From: the human T2T-CHM13v2.0 reference genome, Homo sapiens
Reading direction: 5' to 3' (one strand)
Assembly: GCF_009914755.1 (NCBI RefSeq)
Contig: NC_060932.1
Length of the DNA stretch: 64,000 nucleotides
The notes under the pieces were generated by a model. It was not told where the DNA came from, made no database searches, and saw nothing but the letters and a program-made list of their open reading frames with translations. The position numbers and the translations under genes are program-made. Below are positions 26,591 through 41,557 of the stretch, piece after piece. How positions within the stretch are numbered: position 1 is the first letter of the stretch; each line of letters begins with the position of its first letter.

Positions 26591-27115
26591 GGACAGACAA
26601 GGAAGTAAGGATATTGACAATGCAAGCAGCTTGGTGTTTGGGAAGAGGCTGGACAGAAGAGGAAAGGAAATCAGGAAGATACAATGTATTGAGGTGATAA
26701 GGGAAGAAAAGCAGGTAAAAGGAAGCCAAGGTGGAAGGCAAAATTGAGCAGTAATGCGAAAGCACAAGGCCTGGCCCATGTTGGCCATAAGGTGGCACCG
26801 TTAGTCCAGTGTGGCAGGCAAACCTCTTGTTGGCTGGTAGGTGCAGTGAGGGCAGAACCCTGCTGCTATGTCCCCCAAGTCTAGCCTAGCATCTGATACT
26901 GTGGACAAAAAAAGTCAGGTATCTAGAAGAGTATAGATAATCATATTAAGTGACTGGTGTATACAATGTAAAATAACAGAGATGGAGCAATTTGGTGAAA
27001 GAATATGCAGGCAGTGACCATGACAAAGGACAAATAGAGGGCTTCGTGAGAAAGCAACGCGCTTGAGCTGCAGATGTGAAGTGACTTTAGACAGGTCTTC
27101 CAAACATTGAACTGA

Positions 27116-27628
<513 letters not shown>

Positions 27629-30600
27629 TAAATGTTCATTCCAGATTTTTGTTAAAAGCACTTTTGTCAAGGTGACAGTGTGTCTGTAAAGATGTTCTAG
27701 TCATTGTGATAGATACAGAGTCATCTTCTTGATACCCTCAAGATAAACATGAATATATAGAATCCCAGACTTACCTGTGAAGCACATTATTAATGTGCCT
27801 ATTAGTCTTGTCGTGCACATAAAGTAAACCTGGACTGTCAGTAGACCTTTCAATTCAGAAGAAATCAAAACCACAGGCAATATAATTTAGCTAACTATGC
27901 AACATAAGGCCCTTCCCCTTGCTTTAATTCTTCTAAACATCTTGAAAGTAGTTGTTTCCTTGCTAATTTACTGACCTATCGAAAGTTATAGATACAGATT
28001 ATTATTTTATTTTCCAGCAAACATTTATGAAGCACCTTCTAAGTGCAAAGCTCTGTGCTGGGGGCTGTGGAAGAAAATGATTATCAGCTAACATGCTTCT
28101 GCCTCAAGGAGCACAAGGGTTTAAAGAAAAATGAAATATGTGCACAAAGAGCTATATAACAAGTCAGAGTGCAACAAGAGCTCAATCTCGGCTCAGTGGT
28201 TCAATCTAAGAATGCTGTCAATTTAAATTCCTTCTCCAAACTTGAGAGATAACACTCAGTGGAATTAATATAACACTCATATGTTGGTGGCATTACAAAT
28301 GATGCACACTTTTTTGGAAGCACTAATTTGGCAACACGCATCAAAGGAAGTAGAAGTGTTTTAAGTTCCAACATTGTCCTCTCGGGCTAACCTGAGGGCC
28401 CAAGTCCTGCTGGAATGGATCCTGGAAGGGTCCAGGCAGAAAACCGAGTCTGAGGCCCTGGGGAAATTCACCTTCATGAGAAACATCATCACAGGGCTCG
28501 AAACCATGAAGAGAGGTATGATAAACCCCGTGAAGTGAGATGTTAGTGGAGGAATCAGGTGATGGCGCTCACTGTAAAATCTTTTGACATTGATAGGTGT
28601 TTTTGAAAAGTTTCAGAGTAAGACATAGGAGGAAAAAAGCTATCCCAGTACGATCTTCCTGATGCTAGTGTTGAAAAAGAAAAATTGAGAAGACTCTCCA
28701 GGAGAGGTCGATTAGGGACCTAGAGAGCAGCAGTGGCCCTTTCAGAACCAGAAGTAGGGCAGCCAGGCATACATCGGCCAGCAGCCGGCACCCTGCACCT
28801 GCTCGTCCTAAACTCTACGATGGCCTGACATGCCAGATTTATTTCCACGGGCCAGGATACAACGGGAGAAACATCTTATTGTTATACTACTACACTCAAC
28901 TTTAAGGAACTAGTAAAAATATATCATATAAAAAGTCTTATTTTAAAAATATGTTTCATTTTTTCAAAAATGATAACTACTGCATATTATACTGTTAAAA
29001 AAAAAAAGAAATGCAGGCCCCAGTATGGTGTGTGCACTATGTACATAACCATGGAAAAGAACATTTAGAGAATGATTGCAAGAGAAAAGACAGCAAAGAT
29101 TGTGCTTGGGTGATGGTATTATGGGTAATTTCTCTATTCCTTATTTTCTAAATTTTATGTAATATTATTATGGCAATTGTACTTTTACAATGAATATCAA
29201 GAAATGGAAAAAAATTACTTCTTTCCCTGAAGATACAAACGCATTTTATTGGAGCACAAGAGAAAATTCATTATTTTCATTTAAGTCAGGTAAGTGTGAT
29301 GAGGTAGCACAAGCAAGTTGTGGGACTTTTCAAACAACCTAAACCTGTGCAGAGACTGAATAAATCCACCTTGGGGTACACCTGCTCTCCCTCATGAGAA
29401 GCCTGGCCTGTGAGCCAACACAACCAATGGGAGTAACAATCATTCTGCAGAAAATGGGGCCAAATTCCAGACTGGCAAGTCAGAAGGCTCCATGAAAGGG
29501 CATTTGATCTGCACCTTGAAGGAAGAGCAGAATGTCAGCAGGCATTAGAAGTCCAAGGTGGAAAGTGCAGTCTCTCTAAATAACAGACAAGAATTTTGAC
29601 TAGTGCAGAGGCAGAAAGTATCCCATTTGCATGGAGATCTGTAGTGAGATATGAGCCAGTAAGATGGGAGGCAGGTGGAGCCAGGTCAATTGTCCTGCAG
29701 TGGGGGGAGGGGACACCTGTAAGTGACATATGTCAAGGGCAATAAAATGGGAAAATCCTAACGGCCCCATGTGATGAAACTTATCAAATTTTCTAGAAGT
29801 GCCACCCCACTCCCAGGACCTTGCAGTGGCTTCTATCCTGGTGACTGGACCTCCAGCTCTCATTTCAGAGGGAAGGCAGCCTTTCTGGTAGCTTGCCTCC
29901 CTTGATATGATCTTCCATAACTCCCATTTACAAATAAATTTCAGACATTCCCTGAGTCAAGTACAGAAGCTTCAGGATATTTACAGCCAGTGGGTATTTA
30001 CACTGAAGTATTTTAATCTCCTTGAATGAGCATAGCAAATAAAAAACAAACCAGAACAGCTATACATTGAATGGGGCAGGGGAGAATAGAAGATTCATTA
30101 AATACAAGCAGACCTCTATGTGTTAGCAATGAGTAGATATAGCAACACATTTTTAAAATGTGAAATTATACATGCTTTCTTTGAAAAAAAATCTTGATTT
30201 GAAAAAAAATTCTTATTTTGATACTAGAGGGAAAGAAATCATCTGATCAATTAGAGGTGACCTGAAAGTGTGACACTTCCTTTTCCACATCTCTGCCTCT
30301 GTCTCATTCATGTAGAGACCTTATATAATGGAAACCAGGAGATTTGGCCTTTCATGGAAATCAGTCATCACCTACCTGAGACCTCCCTTTTTCCTTATTT
30401 TCCTCTATTCCTTCCCTGTCTCCTGTCCTTGCCCTCAGCTCGCTCCCTTCTACCTCTATTGAACATGAAATATGCCGAGTACTTGTTCTTACTCTTCATT
30501 GCCTTACAATCTTGGCAGAGAGGCCAACAGGTCAACGAGTTACTACAGTAAATGCAATTAAGTGCAACAGTAATGGAGTGTAATAACAAGTAATGAGAGC

Positions 30601-31544
30601 AACCAAACACACAGCTATGAGGAGTGGGGCGGGTATTCTGGAAAAGCCTCCAAGGGATGGTACCTGACCTGAGAGAAGAAGGGCGGGTGGGAGTGAAGCA
30701 GGGCCAGCCTCTGGGACAGGCATCCAAGAACCTCTTTGAGTTTGTTTACACACATTTCTAGCCCAGGCCACCTGCAAGCCACCTAAGGCTAAGGTTTTGC
30801 TTTCTGAACCAAGTATCTTTCACTTTCCTTCTTCAACAACGTGCTCTTCCTCTACTTTCACAAACAAATTCAAACCTAAGACTGTCATTCCAGAATACCA
30901 CTGGCAATGAACCACCAAGTTTGCCTTACCAATTTTCCCTTATTCATATTGACTGTGTCTCCATTACACACAAAAAAAGCCTGGAGAGCAATTGCCCTTT
31001 ACAATAGAAGTAATGCCATTTTCATGTTTCCCTCCAACCAGAATCTCTAGAGAAAGTTCAGGTTTGCCAAGATGTCTGGAAAAGAGCACCCAGAGTGAGC
31101 CAAATTTTGACTGTTGTCTTCAGAAAATCAAGGATAATTTTTACTGCTCAATGACCTAGAAAAATCCCAAATATAATGCCCATTTTGAAACCATAAAATG
31201 TCCTGTAACACCAAAATGCTTGGTAAGCCTATTTTCAATAAAAGGATAAAACTTAGCTATTTGTCAAATAAGTTCTTTGAAGCCACAAGTGTTGCTTATT
31301 ATTTTAGAAATTTCTACAGTTGGTGATAATCTGACTTGTAAAGTCATTTCTCAGTGGATTTCACCTAATGGAAATATAAATGCTTTGATGACTGAGTACT
31401 TTGATTGACCAAAGAGGAGAATTGATGTAATTACAAACCCACTTGTTCTTTGACGTCAGATGTTGTTACAACAAGAGAAGTCACTGCCTCAGAGAGTTTC
31501 AAAATATTATAATTTTGTTGAGGTTTATTCCTTGCAAGGTTCAA

Positions 31545-31730
31545 AGATAGGTCCTTTCCATACTTTATTTTACTTAATCCTAATAGCAATTTATAAGATG
31601 CATAATATTGTTTTACGGATTAGGAAATTGAGATTTAGAAAAATTAAATAACTTGCTCGGGGTGAAAACCGAGGCTTGATGAAGCCAAGATTGAAACCCA
31701 GATGTGTCTAACTTCACAGCCTCCACTGCT
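31545..31730 (-). mobile_element. MIR
   Basis: TTTTACGGATTAGGAAATTGAGATTTAGAAAAATTAAATAACTTGCTCGGGGT...GATTGAAACCCAGATGTGTCTAACT is a MIR core. Confidence 0.7.
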
Positions 31731-32856
31731 GAAATATACTTTGTCTTCTCACTAGAAGCTGTAAGAGCAGCATCTGGTGATGTGTGAAAGAAATCGTTAA
31801 AGGGTGAAAGCAAAATCAAAGGCTATAGAAAATCTAACATAGAGACACATAAGACCTAGTCATCTGTATTTCTGGCATGTATCCTACTTTTGAACAATCT
31901 GTCATTTGTTTGTTGCAATTAACTCTGAGTTGTAGCCTGCCATGCTATTTCCTAAAATAAACAGGTACAAGGTTGAGAGTGTTTGCACTGGAATTACATA
32001 TTCACATCCTCAAACAGGCTAGAAAATAAAACCACACTTTATGACTCAAACTGTCATCGGATGAGCTCATGTGTGGGGGACATGGTGGATGTTCCCAGCA
32101 CACCAAGTAAGCGCTTGGTTACTTAGTAAGTCAGAATGATAATACCCATAATATTGCTGCAATTATTATACATTCTCACCACTGTCACACTGCTTAATTT
32201 GTGAAGTTTTGTTTTGTTGCTTTCCTTTAAACACAGATCTTCTTGGGTTATTATACGTAAAATTCTTTTAAGGTCAGGCGGAAGGGAGTGGGATGGGGAA
32301 GTAGAAGAAAGGAGTTGGTATAATTATTTCTGTTTAATAAAGAGCTAAGTTACTCACGTGTTTAAAAAGGCAAGCAGCATTCAGTGAGATTTTAACCTAA
32401 GGTGAAATCCAATCTCTTTGGGTACATGTTCTGGACCTTTCTAATTAAATGAGTGGGAAAATGTTTTTTTTCAACTACTGGGTTTGAGATAGAGCCAAAG
32501 AAAACAATTTATACAGCATTGAAAAAAAAAAAAAGTCTAGCAATATTAAGGCTTGAGAAACAAGAAGGCCTTGGGTTAAATTGAAATGCCAACTTGCCAG
32601 CCCAGAGCTCAGCTTGACAAATTACAATGTGAAGTCTCCCTTTAAACCCTGAAGCCTCAGCATCAGCGCGTATCGACTGCACCTGGCTTTGGGTATTGAA
32701 GCCCGTGCTTCCCTCCTTATAGGCATGTGGCCAGTTCTCTGTGGCATTTCCTTGGAAAATCACGACATGATCCTTAGTCTCAGTTCCTCATCTGTAAAAT
32801 GAGAGAATTAGACTGACAAGAATTAGCTCTAAGGATTTGTCTAGAGTTAATGGTTC

Positions 32857-33150
32857 TTTTTTTTTTTTTTTTTTTTTTTGGGACGGAGTCTCACACTGTT
32901 GCCCGGGCTGGGGTGCAATGGTGCCACTGCAACCTCCGCCTCCCTGGTTCACATGATTCTCCTGCCTCAGCCTTCCAAGTAGCTGGGATTACAGGAACAC
33001 ACCACCACACCCAGCTAATTTTTTGTATTTTTAGTAGAGACGGGGTTTCACTATGTTGGCCAGACTGGTCTCAAACTCCTAACCTCGTGATCCACCCACC
33101 TCGGCCTCCCAAAGTGCTGGGATTACAGGTGTGAGCCACCATGCCTGGCC
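32857..33150 (-). mobile_element. AluS with a small internal deletion
   Basis: Poly-T followed by antisense Alu; lacks ~10 nt at GCAATGGTGC^CACTGCAACC. Confidence 0.93.
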
Positions 33151-33213
33151 TAATTGTTAATTCTTAATCCAATATTGCTTCGCTTTGGGATCTAGAATGG
33201 TCTGCTGGCAACC

Positions 33214-34462
<1,249 letters not shown>

Positions 34463-35179
34463 CTAGAACCTTTAAATTATTTCTAGTGCATGAGAACAGT
34501 TTTTGGAGAATGTGGATCATTACATCCTTTTGACTGTGTGGATAATAAAAAAAAAACTCTTATGTAATACAACCGACTACACTTATCATTACATAACACT
34601 AGTTCTTGCAGGAGTGAGTTTTTCTCTTTTTACTAAGCAGTATTATTTCTGAATTGAAAGGGATAAAATATAAAGATTCCAACTCATCTTACTTCACTGA
34701 GGACTCAGAGTGAGTTGAGTCATCATGCGCAAGGTAGATAACATGAAAGCACACTTTCTGTGTAGCTCCTTCCATTTTCTACATTCAGGGCAAAAATTAC
34801 TTGGTAGGCACAGTTAGATCTCAAGGTGTCCAAAGTGCTGACTTTTCTTCCAGAAGTGGTGCTAGCAATTGATCACTTATTATTTATTTTTCAAAATCGC
34901 ATAGTAAGAATTTGTAACAGGTTGTAGTCAACAAACTGCCTGCACATAAGAATTACTTGGGAAGTTTGCTAAAAATTCAGACTCAAGAATCCCTCCTTAA
35001 TCCTGCTGTCTCGAAATTTCAAGGAATCTGCATTTTCAAGGATGATCTATGTGAGCTTTATAAAACATGCCACTTGAATGAAAACTAGCATTTGGAGATG
35101 TCTGGGAAAACAACACACATATACCAAGTGTTTTAAAGTAGCTGCACAACTCAAATCTAAAAGTTAATGACTATTCCAA

Positions 35180-35740
35180 GTTATTTATTCAACAAATATT
35201 CCCTGTGTGCCAGTATGTGCCAAACATCCTTCTAAAGGTGGGGATTACTGTAATAAACAAAACAAATAAAAGCTTTGCCTTTTCACAGGGGAAACTTACA
35301 AAAATAAGTAAAGAGATAATTAAAATAGATGCAAGTTATCACAAAGGATATATTATGAAGGTAAGAAAAGGCATAGAGAAATGCTTTGGGTGAGATGATG
35401 AGAAAAATCCTCTCCTAGGAGTTAACATTTAAGTAAATGACATGAAGAAGTCAAGCACATAATTGTTCAGACAGTGCAAACAACGTGTGCAAAATCCTGT
35501 GGCTGAACCAAGATTTGAGTTTTGAAACTTGAGTCTTTGAAATTTGGTTTGTTGAAACCAAGGGAGAGTGTGAGGTGAAGTGTAGTGAGCAAAGGACTAG
35601 TACCAAGGCCGGGCTGCAGAAAACATGGTCTGATCTCAGAGGACCTATGGATATGATAAGGGATTAGGATTTTATTCTAATTGCTATGAGAGGATGCTGA
35701 TGAGAGTTTTAAGCTGAAAATGATATAATACAAACCACTT
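35180..35740 (-). mobile_element. L2 3' region
   Basis: TTATTTATTCAACAAATATT...TATGTGCCA tail motif with upstream L2 body. Boundaries approximate. Confidence 0.65.
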
Positions 35741-35743
35741 TTA

Positions 35744-36059
<316 letters not shown>

Positions 36060-36542
36060 AAGAAGAATGAATGAATGAATGAATGGAGAATGGGTTAGCT
36101 AGAGACCAGAGGAAAAGCTGGGCCTAAAATTCTCATGTTCTTACATAGAATTCAAGCGTACAATTTTACAAAGGGTTCTGGTACACAAAAAAAAGATTGC
36201 AAATGCTTGATGTGTACTGAGGAGATAGCAATGACTATGTTTTAATAAAAAGATACTTTTCTTCTTAAATTACATATAAAATATTGTCTATTAATATTTA
36301 TTAAAACTGTATTTTGTCAGAAACCACTTATTTTTCATCAGAGAAAGCAAAGTGAAAATATAATTTATACAAATTATATATTTTCATAAATCATTTCTTT
36401 TTGTTCAAAGAAAGGTAAGTGTTTATTACAAGATGAATAGGACAAACAAAACACATTATGGCAAAGAGAAAAAGAGATATTAAAAACTGGGCAGTTAAAA
36501 TCAAATTCAATAGTGGAAAGATAGAATTAAGATGTTCAAGTA

Positions 36543-36847
36543 GGCTGGGCGCAGTGGCTCACGCCTGTAATCCCAACACTTTGGTAGGCCGAGGTGGGTG
36601 GATCACGAGGTCAGGAGATCGAGACCATCCTGGCCAACATGGTGAAACCCCTGTCTCTACTAAAAATACAAAAATTAGCCGGATGTGGTGGCGGACACCT
36701 GTAATCCCAGCTACTCAGGAGGGTGTGGCAGGAAAATCACGTGAACCCAGGAGGCGGAAGTTGCAGTGAGCCGAGATTGTGCCACTGCACTCCAGCCTGA
36801 GCAACAGAGCAAGACTCCATCTAAAAAAAAATAAAATAAAATAAATA
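36543..36847 (+). mobile_element. AluSc-like
   Basis: GGATCACGAGGTCAGGAGATCGAGACCATCCTGGCC; flanked by AAGATGTTCAAGTA and AAGATTCAAGTA. Confidence 0.95.
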
Positions 36848-37444
36848 AAGATTCAAGTAGTGTTTTCTAGCCAACTTATCCTGCTTGGTATGCATATTGA
36901 CCAAAGCATTTTGCTAGCTACTTAAGGCTTCATTTCTCTCTGAAAGGGCTATTTGAGCTCAAAAATAGTACTTTTTTTTTTAAAAAAAAAGATGGATTGA
37001 CGGATAAATAGAGGTATATATAAATTTACAGATATGTCATAAAGAAAAATATAAGTTAGAATTTTCTGGGTAGCTAGTATATGGTCATTTTCATAGACTT
37101 CTATTTTTTTCTGTATTTTTCAAATTTTTTGCAGTAAAAGGCAGGGGAAAATAACACACCGAGTATGTATCTCAAATCTCTACATAATACCGTATGAAGT
37201 GTCTCTATTTTAAAAAAACAGGTATGTCTCAGGCACATTTAGTATTTACTAAACTAAATACTAGGTTTAATTGAAATTTACCCAATATACATATTTCTTT
37301 TTAGTATTTATCAAGAAATAATTGGAATGATGGAGACTGCATTTTAGCAAAATCCTTACATGGAAAATAGCCTTCAAATAAAATGTTACTTTTTTTGCTG
37401 AAGAAACAAAAAACTTTGGTAAAAATAATTTCAGGAAGAGCTAG

Positions 37445-37700
<256 letters not shown>

Positions 37701-37829
37701 TTTTCAAGGAAATGGCTGAGTGCATTGCTTTTTTAAAATTTTTAATTGAATATAATAGAAAATTATATAAAAGGGAGAATGAATATCCAGAGATGAACAC
37801 TGATAACACATAGATATATGTTATATTTT

Positions 37830-38212
37830 TTAAAGAAAAACAAGCAGGAGGCCATTAGCCTGAGACTATCTTCATACTTTGAGTTCCTACTTAACAAACT
37901 ACAACCTAACTTAGTACATAAGCTAACAGAAACCTAACTTAGTGGTATATTTTTTGTAACAAACAGCCAGATTTCGCCAGTCACAGGCAGCAAATTCATC
38001 CCACCATGCACAAATAAGGCAAATGTCCAGCTATAGCCAACCAGGTGATTTCTCTATTTTGTTTCTGTGTGCAGCCTATAAAAGGTCACTGCTCATGCTG
38101 CTTGGCAGAGCTCTCCAAACCTCTCCCAGTTCTGAGTGCTATCTGATTCGTGAATTGTTCCTTGCCAAATAAAATCTGATAAATCGTATTTGACTAAGGT
38201 TACTTAAAAACA
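37830..38212 (+). mobile_element. ERV1 solo LTR (MER57/MER93/MER95 group)
   Basis: GGAGGCCATTAGCCTGAG...AAATAAGGCAAATG...GCCTATAAAAG (TATA)...AATAAAA...CA end. Confidence 0.7.
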
Positions 38213-41200
38213 TATTCAAAGCTTTTTTCTCTCCATAGCCTGTGTGTTCATATTTATTTTCAATCTTACAGGCAAGTTTCTGCTCGAGAGCACCATGTAG
38301 GAGAAAAGTACATGGAGATATCCTGAAGCACCCAGCAGCATGCTCATATGGGAGCCAGGATGAGGTTAGCTTGGAAAAGGACCACCAGGAAAATGTGGCC
38401 TTAAAGGCAGGGTGGAAGGGGAAGTAGAAAGGGAATGTGAAGAGAGGAAGGCGTATGAGGAAGAGAAAATAGGAGAGAAGAGGTTAGTAAGGACAACAGA
38501 AAGGAGGGCACACTGAACTAGGGACTCAGACAACAAAGACAGGCCTCTCTGTGCATGGCCACCTGGCAAGAGCCTGAGGCCTGGCTCCCCACTTTGGTCT
38601 GTGACCCCCCACAGCAGCATGTTGCTCCCCTCACCAGCTCCAAATGGGGCCTGTGCACTGGCATTCTCTGGCCAAAGTGTGCTTGCCAATAGATTCCATG
38701 GCCCCCTTCTATGGAATTGCAGCCTCCGGCAGTGGGAGGCACAAATATTGACAAAGGGACTGAAGGGCAAGTGTGGATGCCCCATCCTTCATTCTCTGTA
38801 GATGGAATATTTGATAGCACTCAAATTGCTCCGGGGTGTAAGCAGTGTCACTGAAGGTCTTGTTTCAAAACACAAAGGATCTGAAAGAAGGCAACTGAAA
38901 GTGGTTGAACTAAGAACTTCCTGAGTCAGCAAGAAACAGTTGGCAGGCACTGTTTGCATTTCCACTCTTTTTCTGCATCAGCAACAGGGAAAAGCTAAGC
39001 TCAGCGTCCTTCTTTACTGAGAATATCACTAATGAGCCTGGTATTAACTTCAAGCTCTCTTCGTTGCCTTGCAGGACACCTGTTCCTGAAGTTCTCCAAG
39101 GTTTCCATATCATAAGAATGGCCTGATTTTGTAAGAATTTCCCCTAAATTAGGAAGTCAAGCTGTAAATCATGGCTCGGGCACTGACCTCCTCTGGGACG
39201 TCAGGAAAGGCATTAACCTGCCTGGTTTCCCTGTATTCCTCCAGAAAATGGAAGGCACAGTTCAGTTCCCAGATGCTTGGAGAGCTCTTTCACAACATCT
39301 GCAAAGTTAGCTAAAGCTACTCAGCCATGAGTGATTTAGAAATTCAATACCTTGTTATCTTTATGGATTGAAATGGATTTTTGAACACTGCTCTTGCAAG
39401 ATGGTCTTTCTTCAAATACATTAGCTACATTTCTTCTTGGATTGAGAACCAACAACAACAACTTATTGTTTAGGAGTTACCCATGTTCTAATACAAAGAG
39501 ATATGACAGTCATCACGGCTTACAATAAATCACTCTCTGCTCAGTCTCCTGACAGCTGACTTTGTAAATCAGACACAAGAAAAGAGCATACCATGCCTAG
39601 TCTGTGAGTATATCTCTCAATATTTCTCTTTCTCCAGGGCCAAAGTATTGGACAGGTGCCTGGATTCACATTAGCCTTAGCCTATTTGTTTCTTTGCCCT
39701 GTCATCACACCTGTGAGGTTTGGCTTCTAAGGGAAAAGAAAAGCCAGAAAAAGGACTTTTCCACCAGCATCATCTCTAAGGCCACATTCTCAAACAGGAA
39801 ACACAAACCTTCTTTCCCCTTTGGCAGCATTGAGGTGTGTGCTATCCAGAGTCCACCTGCTGTTGTTCAAGCACGGGTTTGCCCTGAAAAGGCAAAGTTG
39901 AAAGATTCTGCCCTGAGTTGTGTAAACACCATCACCACATTAGGAAAAATGTTTACAGAAATGGAGTTTCCACCATTTGAGCTAGTTGTTTAGTGGAGGA
40001 CATTAAGATTGAGGGTTGCTTAAACTCTGCCAAGGGAGAATCCCAAGTTTCTCTCCTTTCAACTGTGTCCTTCCGTGTAGGTAAAATATAACATGAGCAA
40101 TGGCATAGGTTATAAATATGGAGGAACTTAAAATGAATTGTTGGTAATTGTGTACTTTGACACGTATGTAATTTGACATATGCTAGCTATTTAGAGGGGG
40201 GAGTGTTTGTAAACTAAAAATAGGAAAGAGTTCCTTTCCTGTTAAAAAGAGAGCTCCACTGTATTTTAATGAATCTTTCTGTTCTCTGCCTGCTTCTGCT
40301 TGCTGTATTTGTGTAGATTTTTCAGAAGATGATTTTTATAAATAGGCTACTTGCTTACACATATTGCTAATAGGTATGGGAAGCCTTAGAAAGACACTCT
40401 AATGCCACATTTTAACCCACAACAAAGCTTAATGAGAAGGAATTCAGTTGGCAAATGAAGACCTGTCAGATCATTCTTTAAGGCACGTGACATGTAATAC
40501 TAACACATTTAAAGGTGACTGGCATTGTTTTATTCTTGGCGATAAAAAGGAAATCAGAACATGGTGGAACCACTTCTAAGCTCCCTAAGACATAACCAAC
40601 AACAGAGATGTTTGATGTCCCCAAATGAATACCTGTTAAAGTTAAGAATCTTGGATAGAGTAAAATCACTCTACCTAAATGAGCCAAATCGAATTCAATT
40701 CAACCAGCAACTACTGAGTGTCAACTGTAAGCTCCCAGCGGTTTTGGAGCTGAGATCATTTCTAAAGCATCACTTTCGCTTCATGAGCTTATTTAAAAAC
40801 ATCCTCATACAATGCTATCTATGTTTTAAATGAGAGATTTAGGATTTGGGAACAGCAAGGCATTGACTCAATTCCACACAACTCATAGATACTAAAACTA
40901 GGACCAGATCTCTCGAAGTTTCTCTCATTCAACTTACTGATTAATAGTTTCTGAGTACCTCCTAAGTGCCAAGTACTGTGCTACATGCTGGGACATGATT
41001 CTGTTCTGAGAAGAACAGGAAAGATGAGAGACTCATGGGCCTTGGGGTTTGAAGAGGAAGACTTACATTTAACAGATAAACTTGAGTGAATGCTCGCTTA
41101 TACATTATTTTATTAAAGGCCTTTCTGAGGAAGTGACATTTGAAACTTGACACTTGAAGGAGTAAATTAGAAAAAGAACAGGGGATGTTGCAGGTTGGGA

Positions 41201-41376
41201 GACAGGTGGGGGCAGAAGGTCAATTCACATTTCTTGAAATCCTCTCATGTAATGGGGGCTCAGGCTCTGGAAGAGAGATGGAGACCATGGGTGAGTCTGG
41301 GGCTCTGGAACAAGCATGGGCCTCAGAGTCACCCAGATTCAGGACAGGGGACCATGTCTGCCCCTAGTCATCTAGG

Positions 41377-41557
41377 CCAGGGGTTCTCAAACTGTGATCC
41401 CGGTCCAGGATCAGCCTTATAGGGGAACTTGTTAAAAATGCAAATTCTCAGGCCCCAGCCCAGATCTCTGAATTAAAACTCTGGAGGTGGGGCCCAGCGA
41501 TCTGAATTTTAATAAGCCCTTCCGGGGTCTCTGATGCAAGCTAAAGTTTAATAACCT
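41377..41557 (+). mobile_element. MER5A hAT-Charlie MITE
   Basis: CAGGGGTTCTCAAACTGTG...GAACTTGTTAAAAATGCAAATTCTCAGGCCCC...GGTGGGGCCCAGC...GCTAAAGTTT. Confidence 0.85.

Noticed and set aside
26782-26800. CTCF-like motif TGGCCATAAGGTGGCACCG
   Set aside because: Two mismatches in the core; unsupported without ChIP data.
38242-38820. Overlapping 60-139 aa ORFs in a GC-richer patch
   Set aside because: ORFs on both strands with no recognisable domain; expected where GC content lowers stop-codon frequency.
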